A DNA stretch of 62,484 nucleotides, counting the filler, from Squatina squatina (Eukaryota): NCBI GenBank assembly GCA_031763465.1. It is 3 parts of 3 records of this genome, joined end to end, with 100 filler letters (N's around TTAATTAATTAA, not from the genome) between each part and the next. Parts side by side here need not be neighbours in the genome. Positions count along the whole stretch, not along the records: positions 44,425 to 62,484 come from JARFOE010000192.1; 2 more parts are not named here. The stretch is one strand, 5' to 3'. The notes below the pieces were generated by a model that saw only the letters and a program-made list of their open reading frames with translations, did not search any database and was not told the DNA's origin. Below are positions 51,539 to 62,484 of the stretch, in pieces (positions within the stretch are counted from its first letter, which is position 1; each line of letters opens with the position of its first letter). Both the position numbers and the translations under genes were made by a program.

Positions 51539-51784
51539 CTTCACAACTCGCATGAGGTCATTAAATTTCTTCCAGCATTGCATGCCAGTCCTCGATGTCA
51601 CATCAGTGGCAGCCATTTCCATGGTCACCTCCCTCCAGGCACATCTAATCAACTTGGGCGATCCCCTTCTTCCTGCCACAGGGAACAGCGTGGTGACCCT
51701 CCTGTCAACTGCTGCTACGAGTCTCTTCAAGGGCTGCCTCCGAGAACCGGGGGCCCTCATTCTCCCACCCTGTGTTTCCAACAT
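51539..51784 (-). CDS. Harbinger Myb/SANT-like DNA-binding gene, exon 1
   Basis: MLETQGG...LVAAVDRRVTTLFP...AWREVT...SRTGMQCWKKFNDLMRVVK|gtgagt; trihelix signature LFP...W...RT..QC.KKFNDL. Confidence 0.82.
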
Positions 51785-53145
51785 TGTTCTATTCAAGTGA
51801 AACCAGCTAATTACAACTTGAAGCTCCCTCACACCTCCTTCCTGACTGACCTGAGCAGTGGTTGTGTGTAGGAAAAGCCCCCCTTTAAGTGCTGAGGTGG
51901 CCCGAGTGCTGATTGGTACCAGTTAGACAGTTACGGCAATTGGCCTGCTGAAAGAATCAACGCTGATTAAGGGCCCTTTAGTGCTTAAATTAGCACATTT
52001 TTAAAAGCTGCCAGATATTTTTTTTCTACGTCCCGAATTGCAGGGCTTAAAGGGGCAGCGCTGAAACTGGAAATAACACACCTATTCGTCCATTAGCGTC
52101 AGCAACTCAGGGAGGTCGAATTGGGCGCCCTTAATGCATTAAAAGGAGTCAGAGAAAAATGAAAAAGAAAACAATAGTTGAAATAGCTGCTGCCCTCAGC
52201 GCTGCAATTTTTGTTTAACTTTCTGATAATTACTAATTACATGTAATTTGCATTTGCTTAATAGAATTTAATAATTAGCCACAGGAGATAATAAGATTTT
52301 CAACACTCAGTTGACTGTTGACTGTTGACTGGTATCTTTGATGTATATGAAATGATTACTGACAGGGCAACAAACTTAACTTTTATGTTTATTACTTTGA
52401 TATCATTCACTGGAGTAGCAGGCTGTAAGGGTTTTAAGGTTTTGTTGAGCTGACTAGATACTTTCTCAAGGCAACAGCTCTTAAAATACGTGTCAGGACA
52501 ACCCTATAAATATCAGTGTGTTGCTGTCTAAATAGTTATTTTTCTATTTGAATAAGTATTGCACCTATGATTAAGATTACTGGAGAAGGTGTCTGCATTT
52601 TCTAGCTGTCTCTTTCAGAGCACGATTTTAATATTTCAATTACATTGAAATGCTACAATTCCCATGACTGGGTGAGGATTCTTCTGTGGCAATATTGCAT
52701 ACTCATTCTTTATAAATGGGTTTATTATTTTGCTCCAGCGACTGCACAGAAGAAAACTTCCCCATTGTTCTCTCCAGAGTTTCTGTTAACATTTCTTTTG
52801 CTTTTTTGTATTAATTCCTGTTCTTATTTACAGTGGAAGTCAAAGCATAAACTTGCAAACCGTCCGATTGTCATATGCAAATATGGAATGTTCAGAGGCT
52901 CTGATGTTCACACCATGTCCANNNNNNNNNNNNNNNNNNNNNNNNNNNNNNNNNNNNNNNNNNNNNNNNNNNNNNNNNNNNNNNNNNNNNNNNNNNNNNN
53001 NNNNNNNNNNNNNNNNNNNNNTGATGTTCACACCATGTCCACAAGGAGTCATTTGCACAGAGGCTGTAAGACAATGTTGTTTGCTTTCTCCTCATGCCAT
53101 TTCTTTCCTGAGTATCTGTCGAGTCTTTCTCTCTCACTTTGTACA

Positions 53146-53370
53146 TCACAAGTGGCCAAGCTCAGTGCTGTGATCACTGTCCTGGCTTTCATCATTTGAT
53201 AGAATGTCTCCAGCATGATGAGCACCTGATGTAGAGATCCCAGAGAGCTCAGAGGGCAGTAGTGTCCCTTTCTTCACATTAACCAGTTCTTTTTCCCTTG
53301 CGACAGCTCCTTGCTGGCCTCCTTTAACACGTTTCCATTTCATCCTCCGGTTCTGGAACCACACCTTGAC
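53146..53370 (-). CDS. MEOX2: Mesenchyme homeobox 2, final coding exon
   Basis: attttag|[45 protein letters not shown]...[11 protein letters not shown]; the [18 protein letters not shown] tail is MEOX2-specific. Confidence 0.93.
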   Translation of the reverse strand, partial: VKVWFQNRRMKWKRVKGGQQGAVAREKELVNVKKGTLLPSELSGISTSGAHHAGDILSNDESQDSDHSTELGHL

Positions 53371-53774
53371 CTAAAATAATTCAAAGCTGGTTATCATGTG
53401 AAATAACTTATCAATTCTGATTATGTATTACATTGGTGACAAATTAAAGGGGCACCATCTTAATGGCAAAGCACTTGGTCAACATTTTTATACTTTTTGT
53501 ACCAATGCATAGTGACATGAATTAAACTAAAGTTCATTATTGCCAGGTGTCAAAATGACAAAAAATAGCTCTTGCTTTTCTCTGTCCCCCAAACAAAAAA
53601 ACGCTTGCCAAGCACTTTATTATGAAGATAGTACTCATTTAAGGATAACGGTGTAAAGTCAATTTGTTAATAAAGTAATAAATAAGGTAGAATGTGCGGT
53701 GTAATGGATTAGCTATTGGCCTTTCACCTCTTATACCTGTGTTCAAACACAGCCCTGGTTGATCAGACCTGTTA

Positions 53775-54165
53775 GTGCCTCCGGGGGTAAGGCGCTATTC
53801 ACTGGGGGAGGGGTTGCTACCGCCTCCTGGGAAATGGCCCGGTAGCTTGTGGAGGCACTGGCCTGGTTGCACGCTGCCCTGGTGGCCCAGTGGCGGCCAT
53901 CAGAGGCTGTGCAGTGTGCACAGTGGCCCTCCTCTTTAATCAAAGGGTAAGCTTGACTTACCACCACAGTAACACCCCGGGACCCGCCCCTAAAGGAAGT
54001 GGAGTGCGCGAGATTACGCTCCACCTCCTTTGAGAGGCGGGAAGCCCAATTCAGTGGCCGGGGTGGGACTTGTGCTCCGGATGCAGGACTTGTGCTCCGG
54101 ATGCAGGATGTCCTGGCCGTAGCAGGTTAGCGCCCCCAATCGGGGCGCAGGGGAATTTCGCCCCC
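53775..54165. mobile_element. Harbinger-type MITE, right part, with internal 20-bp tandem duplication
   Basis: Right TIR ggggaatttcgcccc is related to the one ending at 28428; GGACTTGTGCTCCGGATGCA x2 at 54066-54105. Confidence 0.6.
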
Positions 54166-54556
54166 AGTTTGTCCAAAAGAGTAGTCATGGTCAAACATTC
54201 TGGGGTTTTCTGATGAATATCTTTGCACTGTTCTTTTTTCTATTTCTCTCCTGAAAATGAGAGGTCGTACTGAGGCGACCCAAACACACACATATTTCTT
54301 CAAGCAGGAATCACTAGGCAGTGATCACAAATGTGAACCCTGAATTTTTTCACATGCTAACCCATCCAGTGGCAGAAGTTCCCTCAAATGTTGCCCCAGC
54401 CCAGAGCAGGTAAGGTAGCCCAGACCCAGAAATGGAAGCCAAGCCTTTTGCTCTGTGCCTCTCATAACAACATGGCTGACTAGAACTTTTATCCACTGGG
54501 CCTTTTGGAGAGCCAATCCTAGTTTTTGGAATATATTTTTAATAATTAAGGTCCAT

Positions 54557-54916
54557 GAGGTAGAAATCGACACGTGTCTCGTCCATTTCTCAGGTCAGAA
54601 ACGAGCACCAGAGAGGCCAATTTCACAACATAACGTCCTGCACCAGAACAGTGCCATTGTGCGCCAACGCCAAATTGGTTGGAACTCTCTTTAGGTGTCC
54701 CAGGTAGTCACCTGAAACAGATACAGGCATCATTACAACATGTTAATAAGGGTTCTGCGCCTGAATCAGAACCTTTTTGAGAAATTGATGTCCGGGAGTC
54801 TGAGATGTCACTTTAAATGATGCAGGGATACCAATTTTGGGACCTTAGTTGCGTCCATGTGATTGGGCGTGCGTACATTCTGCACCCAAAAACAGGCTTA
54901 AACCAACTTCTACCCC
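54557..54916. mobile_element. Harbinger-type MITE
   Basis: Imperfect TIRs GAGGTAGAAATCG / CCAACTTCTACCCC. Confidence 0.55.
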
Positions 54917-55366
54917 AAAATGTGCACACTGATATTTTCACATCGTGTAGCAATTTTGTTTAAGTGCCTTGTAAGATATTTTATAGCTATTTAAGATATT
55001 TAAAAATAAATTGCTGAGTAGTGGATTCTCCATGTGATGACATGTGGTTTAATTAGAACTTGCTTAACTATTTAAGATAGAAGTGGTATGCTAGATTAGA
55101 CAGTAAGCAACTAAATCACAACTTTGCCCAAGAATTACAACATTATCATAAAGCACTGCTATGGCCTGAGGCAGTGTACATTAGTACATCAGGCACACCT
55201 ATAAATATCTGTGAGTCCAACCCTGTAATTATATTTGCGAATTATTCATCGTTGTATGAAGTTGAAGCTCACTTTCTATTTACAGTGGAGTCTGCTGTGG
55301 AATGAGTGCCTGTACTGCAGATATCCAAGGTTCTTTATAAACAGGTAGGCAGAGCCATTGTGTGTT

Positions 55367-55391
55367 GGCCAGTGACTCAGTGGGCAGCAGC

Positions 55392-55423
<32 letters not shown>

Positions 55424-55784
55424 GTCCCACTCCAGGGATGTAAGCACAAAAATCTAGGCTGACACTCCAGTGCTGAGGGAGTCAGAGGTGCTGTCTTTCA
55501 GATGAGACATTAAACTGAGACTTCAGGTGGGTGTGACAGATCCCAGGGTACTATTTCGAAGAAGTGCAGGGAGTTTTCCCTGGTGTCCTGACCAATATTT
55601 ATCCCTCAGTAAACAAAAACAGGTTATATCTGGTCACTATCACATTGCTGTCTGTGGGAGCTTACTGTGCACAAACTGACTGCCGTGTTTCCTACATTAC
55701 AACAGTGACTGCACTTCAAAAATAACTCATTGGCTTTGGGATGTCCGGTGGTCGTGAAAGGCGCGAAAGAAATGTAAGTCTTTC
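55367..55784 (+). mobile_element. Near full-length tRNA-derived SINE (SacSINE1/DeuSINE-like)
   Basis: A-box-like gtgactcagtggg, B-box gggttcaagtccc, central gtgggagcttactgtgcacaaactgactgccgtgtttcctacattacaacagtgact, L2-like tail. Confidence 0.85.
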
Positions 55785-56654
55785 ATCCTGTGTAGAGGCT
55801 TTTAGGGCACCTTTGCAGCAAGCAGGCATAGTCTAGGCTGGGTCGGCAGACAGGTTATCCTTGCCAAGTGGATGCTCCAGTTTCTGCTCATGTTCAGACA
55901 CGTATGAGCTAGATTATATAGCAGACTGTTCCCAGCTTTCAAAAGCAAACCATAGCGCCATATTCTTATGATATTGAGACCCAGCTACACACACACTAAA
56001 CCTGTTCAATGTGGTTTCACCACAGTGAAACTCAGCTGCTTTATAATATAGCTTGTGAAAATTTCCACTGCAACGAATATAAATTCAGTAAAGGAAACAG
56101 GAGACGTTTCTGTTACTGGTAAATCTTGCAAAATGGCGNNNNNNNNNNNNNNNNNNNNNNNNNNNNNNNNNNNNNNNNNNNNNNNNNNNNNNNNNNNNNN
56201 NNNNNNNNNNNNNNNNNNNNNNNNNNNNNNNNNNNNNNAAAAGCTACATAGATAGTGCTAGGAAAATTTGACAGGCAAATAATTAGAGAATACTGCATCT
56301 TAATGCTCATTTGCACAAGGAAAGGGAGAAAGGTTGGGAATTATGCTTCTATTTGGAGGAAGTCCAATGTACCTTTTTTGAGGAAAGGTGGCGATCTGGC
56401 TGACTAGAACTCTGCGAAGCCCCAGGCCATCGGAGAATGGCTACAAAAGGTGAACCAAGGTCTGTATCGAGAAGACAATTGGGGTGCGAAAGCCATATGT
56501 TAACAGTCTGTGAGGGGCTTACAGTATGTTCCAGAGAGGGTCTGAAAACTGAGGCACAGTACAGCCGTGGACCTATTACAATAAACAGCTCGCACAGCGA
56601 ACTTGAGCATGATGGATAGCTGCAAGCTGTGGAAGAGCATCAAAACGATGCCCG

Positions 56655-57172
56655 CTGCAGACAAGGAGACTGATACAGGGGCTAAAAAGGTTAAGCCATG
56701 AAAACAGATTGATTAGACAAGGTTTGTATTCCCTTGAGTATAGACAACTAAGCGGTGATCTAATCGAGGTGTTTAAGATTATTAAAGGATTTGATAGGGT
56801 AGATAGAGAGAAACTATTTCCTCTGCTAAGAGAGGCCAAATAAGGGCCATAACCTTGAAATTAGCGCTCGGCTGTTCAGGGGGTAATGTCAGTACTTCTC
56901 CAGGCAAATGTGAGTGGAAATCTGGAACACTTGCCCCCAAAAGGCTGTTGAGGCTGGGGGTCAATTGAAAAGTTTAAAACTGAGATTGTTGGCTTTTGTT
57001 AGCAAAGGGTATCAAGGAATATGGAACCGAGTTGGGTAACTGGAGGGAAGGTACAGATCAGGCATGATCTAATTGAATGGTGGAACTGCTTTAGAGGGAT
57101 CGCCTCCTTTTGGATCCGAGAGAGATGAGGGACTGAATGGCCTACTACTGCTTTTATGTTCCTGTGTTCCTA
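56655..57172 (+). mobile_element. CR1 LINE 3' portion
   Basis: GLYSLEYRQLSGDLIEVFKIIKGFDRVDREKLFPL followed by CR1 3'UTR. Confidence 0.9.
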
Positions 57173-57340
57173 GCACAGACTACCTGCTAGAAACAGCATG
57201 TGGTGTAGAAAATTAATTGTAAAATGGACAAGTTAGAAGAATATTCCATTTGTTTTCTAATTCAAATAGTATAAATATATACCATTCATGCCATTTCAGC
57301 ATTTGAAAATGTAGGACAAATCGCAGTTTGAAGCAATTAA

Positions 57341-58522
57341 GGGCGGCTAATTCAGCCGTTAACGCCCGCGGTAAAGTAGTACAGAAAGGGCGCTAACGGC
57401 CTAATGACGATTTTCAGCGGTAAGTAGTTTGCTTACCTTTTCGGGCACCTGATCCCGGGCGCTGAAGGAGCATTGGACCGAGAATGCTCCAAGCGTGGTG
57501 GTTGGCAGTAGAGGGAAGGCGTGACGTCATCATTGGGCGCAGCGCCCAAGATGGCCACCCGCCCAGAAATTCGGCCGTGTTTCCAGCCGGTAAGTTTAGT
57601 GGTGACAGCGCCTGTTTTTTGGGTGCTGTCACCTGGTGTGGAGAGATGTTTTAAGTATTTTTTTTAAAGAAAAATTTTTAAAATTTAAAGCGTTAAAATT
57701 TTTTTTTTTAAACTGTGATTTTTCTTTGCTAACTGGGGTTGTAGGCATTGATAGAAAGTGAATAAGTGGTTCACTTACCTTAAAAAGTGGTTTTGCCTGC
57801 CCACTTTTGATTGTTAAAAATTTGACTATTCGAGCATGGGGGGCATCACTCATGTTGGATTGGGGGCAGAGGTGCAGGGATGACATCCTTTTGGAACAGA
57901 GAGACAAGTAACATTGCTATTTATCTTTGCCTGACCCGGTTGCTTTGCGACCAATGTCACTATTCGGCCATGTTGGAGTGGGATCTCCCCTGACACCACA
58001 AGGTAGGTGAGGTAGAGGGATCCAAGATGATGCCAGGCAGCAGGTAGCACCAGCATTAGCACACCCAGCGGCCTCTTCACTTGCCACAGGCAGCGACGCC
58101 GTAGCTCTGCATCATCCTCTGAGAGGTCAGACAGGAAGGTGACATCAAATGAGGTGTGATTGGCGAGTCTTCAAACACCAGGTCAGCAAGACAGAGCGTG
58201 GGCTTTGCCAACATAGCCGGCTTCCCGAGGGTGCAGGGTGTCATTGGTTATGTCTGCCAAGCACAGCAGTTGACAAGACAAATCCTCCTCACCCAGCAAC
58301 GATCTATGATTTGACTGACCTAAGCATTGCTTGTGTCTCCAGAAAGAACCCCTTTAAGGGCTGAGGTGGCCTGACACTTGATAGCAGCTCCTCAGATCCA
58401 TCCCATAATTTGCCTGCTGAAATAAACTAAGATAATAAGTGCCCTTTAGCGCTGAAATTAGCACGTTCTTTTGAAGCTGTCAGAATTTTTTTTCTAACTT
58501 AGGGCAGTTGAATTGGCCTCCC
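57341..58522. mobile_element. Internally deleted PIF/Harbinger element
   Basis: TIRs GGGCGGCTAATTCAGCCG / CAGTTGAATTGGCCTCCC (14/18), preceded by TAA; 58340-58500 is similar to 51870-52030. Confidence 0.75.
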
Positions 58523-58670
58523 TACATTTATGCTTGAAAAGGAAATATTTGCAGGGCTATGGGAAAAGAGTAGGGAAGTGGGACTAATTAGACAGCTCTT
58601 TCAATGAGCCGGCACAGCATGATGGACTAAATAGCCTCCTTCTGTGCTGGAACATTCTATGATTCTATAA
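58523..58670 (+). mobile_element. CR1 LINE 3' end
   Basis: atttgcagggctatgggaaaagagtagggaagtgggac...ttctatgattcta. Confidence 0.8.
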
Positions 58671-60339
58671 ACAATGAGATACCAGTGAGGTACCTTATGA
58701 TTATGTTTGCAGGTATTTGTCCCCTCTCAGAGAAACATTTCACTAAACTAGTGTCGAATGTTTGCTTTCTATAATCAGTGATACCATTTTCAGCAAAATA
58801 ATATGTTGACTCTTAACAAGAGTCCGCACAGAGAAGCATGTGAGCAGATTAAAAAACATCCTTTTAATATATCTGTAGTGCCCAGCCTTTAAACATTAAA
58901 GAAGGAAAGGCCCTTTATAATGAAGGGACTCTGAGTGATCGGAATATTAATGAAATTGCTACTTACTGCAATGTGTTTCCTTCTTCTTGTATATTCTGGG
59001 AATTTATTCGACTATCCTTTCTCTGATAAATATGATTCACTTATATACTGATAGATATGTTTTGTTAGAAAATCCTAAAGGATTACATGAGCTAACAAAG
59101 TGTAGTTATCAGGTATTTCTGGACTGCAAGCCAAAAATTCCTTATGTAAAATAAACCGCCTGTTTGGCATTATCCAACATGGCAATGGGCTGGACATCTG
59201 TTGTGCTCATCAGTTTCAGTGACATTTCTCCTGTCACAGAGAAGGAGATATGTCTTCAGGCAACTACCGGATCACTGAGGTCGCTTAGTAGTGAAGAAGC
59301 TTTCATCTGAAGCTGCTACACGTCACTCTTCAAAAATACTGTGATTCTTTCCTGCTTTTTTGAATAAAGCTGCTGTTCTAGCCAATTAAGCTGATCTAAC
59401 AAGTTGACATAATCACTCATTTAATCAAACTGTTGGATGGGGTACAAATGCCCCGAAGTATACTCACNNNNNNNNNNNNNNNNNNNNNNNNNNNNNNNNN
59501 NNNNNNNNNNNNNNNNNNNNNNNNNNNNNNNNNNNNNNNNNNNNNNNNNNNNNNNNNNNNNNNNNNNAATAGAGGAGAAATGAACCTGGTACACACCTTT
59601 TATGTTCTGACAGGAACTTTGCTCAGCATAATTTCCAAGCTACAATATTTAATTCCTGGATTTGATTGATTGCCAAAGTGAAATGTTACACTAACTTAGA
59701 CATTTCCCTCATCCACAAGTTAATCAAAAAATGGCAATACTAATATAGTCTTTGTACAGTTTTCTTATGGTGTGGTTTAGTGGAGAGTGTTCTGGATTAG
59801 CTACTATTTCTACACCAGTATAATATGAAAGATTGATGTATTAATACACCTGTCGCAGAATGTCAAAAGCTTCTTCTATTTCCTTAGTCGGCAAGTTGCG
59901 TCGTATTTATGTCTTGCAGAATGATGAATAAGCTGTTGCTTAAAAAGGCCGCCAAATAAATAGCCATAAGCTGAGACTTCTGCTGTCTCTGTGGGACCAG
60001 ACTTTGACAACTTGATTTGCTATTCTCCATTGCATATCTATGGATTATGGGTTGGAGAATAACTCAATAGTCAGACTGCTAGTTTTTGTTTCTGTGATTC
60101 AATTATTCAAATGAAAATGTTCCAATGACATAAGTTTTATTTAAATAAACCTTTTGTGTTCGTGCTTTCTATGTCTTCACAGNNNNNNNNNNNNNNNNNN
60201 NNNNNNNNNNNNNNNNNNNNNNNNNNNNNNNNNNNNNNNNNNNNNNNNNNNNNNNNNNNNNNNNNNNNNNNNNNNNNNNNNNGAGGGAGGGGGAACTGTA
60301 CCCTGATCCAAGGGTATGAAGGGATTGTACTCCTTATCA

Positions 60340-60342
<3 letters not shown>

Positions 60343-60373
<31 letters not shown>
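60343..60373. repeat. (CT)n microsatellite
   Basis: Seen directly. Confidence 0.95.
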
Positions 60374-60378
<5 letters not shown>

Positions 60379-61019
60379 GACCCCTATCTCTCACTGACTC
60401 GATACCCATTCCCTCCTTGCCCTTTCATCTATGGGACCCCAGAGACAGACCCCTACACTTACTAGCAGCAAAGTATCAGCAGCCCTAAATTGAAATTTTG
60501 TCCCCGGACTTAGCACTTAAAGTTCAGCCAGGACATGGGACAGATCCCACTAACTTCTACCGCTGCGACTGTGCACTTGTAATTCTCTTTCCTTTACCAG
60601 ATGCAATTTTTTTTTTAACAATATAAAGGCAGGCTTCCTATTTAGTACACTATTGCAATGAGCCGCAGAAAAATCCTTCTGCTTATAGCTGATGCGGTGT
60701 TTGCATGTCAGCATGTCCCATGGTGGATAGGTGTTCTTTCACTGGACCCACTTGAGTCTCCTGAATGGCTTGGGGGTCGGTGCAATTGCACAGCCCTCAC
60801 GCCGCTTCTGACTTATCCATGATATGCCTTCCTACAAATCTACAGTTCTTTTTTCATATCTCATGCTCACTCATAACTCAGTCAAGATGAAATGTACAAT
60901 AAAGGCCATGCCACTCTCACGCCTTCCAAGGCTTCAGGTTGGATACATGGCAATGATTGACTCTCTGTATATTGAGAAATGAACCAAGATGGTGACATTT
61001 GGGCATCCATGCTATGGAT

Positions 61020-61320
61020 TTCAATGGGAATGGAAATAAATGCGCTGGTCATACTAACCAACAAGCAGTCACTTTTCTGATGCATGCATGATTGGCACAA
61101 TACCAGATAATACAGTGCTTGGACAGATTGAGCCACAGCCATAACATTTGATGGCAGTAGTGATTTTACCATCCACTAGTAGTGCCATTCCCATGTTCCA
61201 AGTTTGCTGCAAGTGCCCTTGCTGCAGATGGAAAGCACATACAACCAACTCCCAGCTAAACCTGAGTCGGCTGAGGCAATTGTCCTCAAGCAGATAGGCG
61301 TGCCAATGTCTGCAGATATT
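61020..61320 (-). pseudogene. Degenerate HARBI1-like Harbinger transposase, N-terminal fragment
   Basis: YLLEDNCLSRLRFS...LQ...ALLVDGKITTAIKCYGCGS...SGI then frameshift to CQSCMH...AFISIP, following the Harbinger pattern RLRF...AL.V..K.T.AL.FYA.GSFQ...GISQ...FI.FP. Confidence 0.6.
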
Positions 61321-62484
61321 CTCTGCTGCTTGCTGATTTCCTCGACATGCCTCCTTCATTTTCACTTTTGTTCTCACTGTCCCCCAGCATATTAAATTTA
61401 TATTTCTTGTCCTCATCTTTAAATGCCTCTTTGGCTTAACCTACCTTATTTCCTCCAGCCTCAGATCTCCATCTTTACCCTTCTGATCTTGTGACTTGAG
61501 CCTTTTGTGGGTCTCATTCCCTTCTCCCCACTATTGGTGACAGGGCCTTCATCTGTCTCAATCCCACTATCGGGAGGTCCCTGCCTAAATCCCTTTGCTT
61601 CTCTACTTTGTGACATTTTTCTTACCAGACTTCAACACTTCCCAGAACTGATTTTTTTTTCTGTTTTGTTTAATTATATTTAATGGTTATCAAAGATTTC
61701 AAGAAATATGAACCTATAATCTGACTTCATAAAAAAATGACAAAATGTCAACTTTTATTCTAATAGTCTGATAACTTCAATTAATGTTCAACGGCTTTGT
61801 GCAATTGTGTTATAGTTTGACATTTGGCACTGAGGAAAGTGAAGTCACAGATTTTGGCAAACCACTATTTTGATCACAGTCTTGTTACTAATCAAAATAC
61901 TATAGGCTGCCTGTAATGTTTGAAAAGTACCCGTCGCTACTTAGTTAAAATTCCAGATAGCATTGCCGTTGAAAGTGTTTTCATCAGACCCAGCCCAGTT
62001 TTGTACAGAAGGAGGCTAATGTTGTCAGAAGCTTTCCTGTAAAATTTGGGGATTAGCCGTGAAGCTATTCTTCAATTATTTTGCTTCTGTCCTGTTCACA
62101 GCTCCAGCCAGCTGCCGAAGAGAAAAGGCTAACAAAAATATGAAATGAATCTGGTCTACCAGCATTGCATTTAATTAGAAAGCTTCACTACATATCCATG
62201 GGAAGAAATTGTATTATGGGATAGATGGTGAAATTATCACCACATGTGTGAGACTGATTTCATAGTTCATGAGAGGTGAGCTCGAAGTGAGTTAAGTAGG
62301 CCTGCCTCAGTCATGCAATAAATGCAGCATCACCCCTGTTCCCATCAAGTGCTCAGTACATTGTAACAGATCCTTTTTTTAAGCTTTGTAAATTTGTTTT
62401 TTTTTATTGCACATTTGTTGGGATTATTTGGTAATAATTTGTGGGTAGTGGGCAAAGTGAGGGGTGGCAGCAGGGAAGTCATGC

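Larger units (their letters stand above)
50760..52130 (-). mobile_element. PIF/Harbinger element (one end visible)
   Basis: Carries the Myb gene; ends ...gaattgggcgccc followed by TTA; subterminal region similar to 58340-58522. Confidence 0.75.

Noticed and set aside
55367-55440. tRNA gene
   Set aside because: The A/B boxes belong to a SINE head that continues into the SINE body; no cloverleaf.

Overview
Vertebrate genomic DNA, most likely from a cartilaginous fish (inferred from the repeat families and protein divergence), taken from a fragmented, gap-rich assembly. Two 44N-TTAATTAATTAA-44N spacers (28101-28200 and 44325-44424) split the window into three blocks that are probably not neighbours. 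Block 1 (1-28100) holds the BSDC1(+)/TSSK3(-)/FAM229A(+) cluster in the same order and orientation as in human, plus an unidentified candidate terminal exon at about 4.5-5 kb. Block 2 (28201-44324) holds 10 recognisable 3' exons of DMXL1 and its 3'UTR. Block 3 (44425-62484) holds the last exon of MEOX2 (-), a three-exon PIF/Harbinger Myb/SANT gene with an open spliced frame, a related TIR-bounded element and a HARBI1-like transposase remnant. The rest is CR1, L2 and RTE LINE fragments, tRNA-derived SINEs, hAT and Harbinger MITEs, and Penelope-like pieces with hammerhead ribozyme cores. Gene identities come from my recall of vertebrate protein sequences, not from database searches. I found no convincing wholly new biological system. 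The best leads are the spliced Harbinger Myb gene, the ribozyme-bearing Penelope insertions, the orphan exon and the compact TSSK3 locus.
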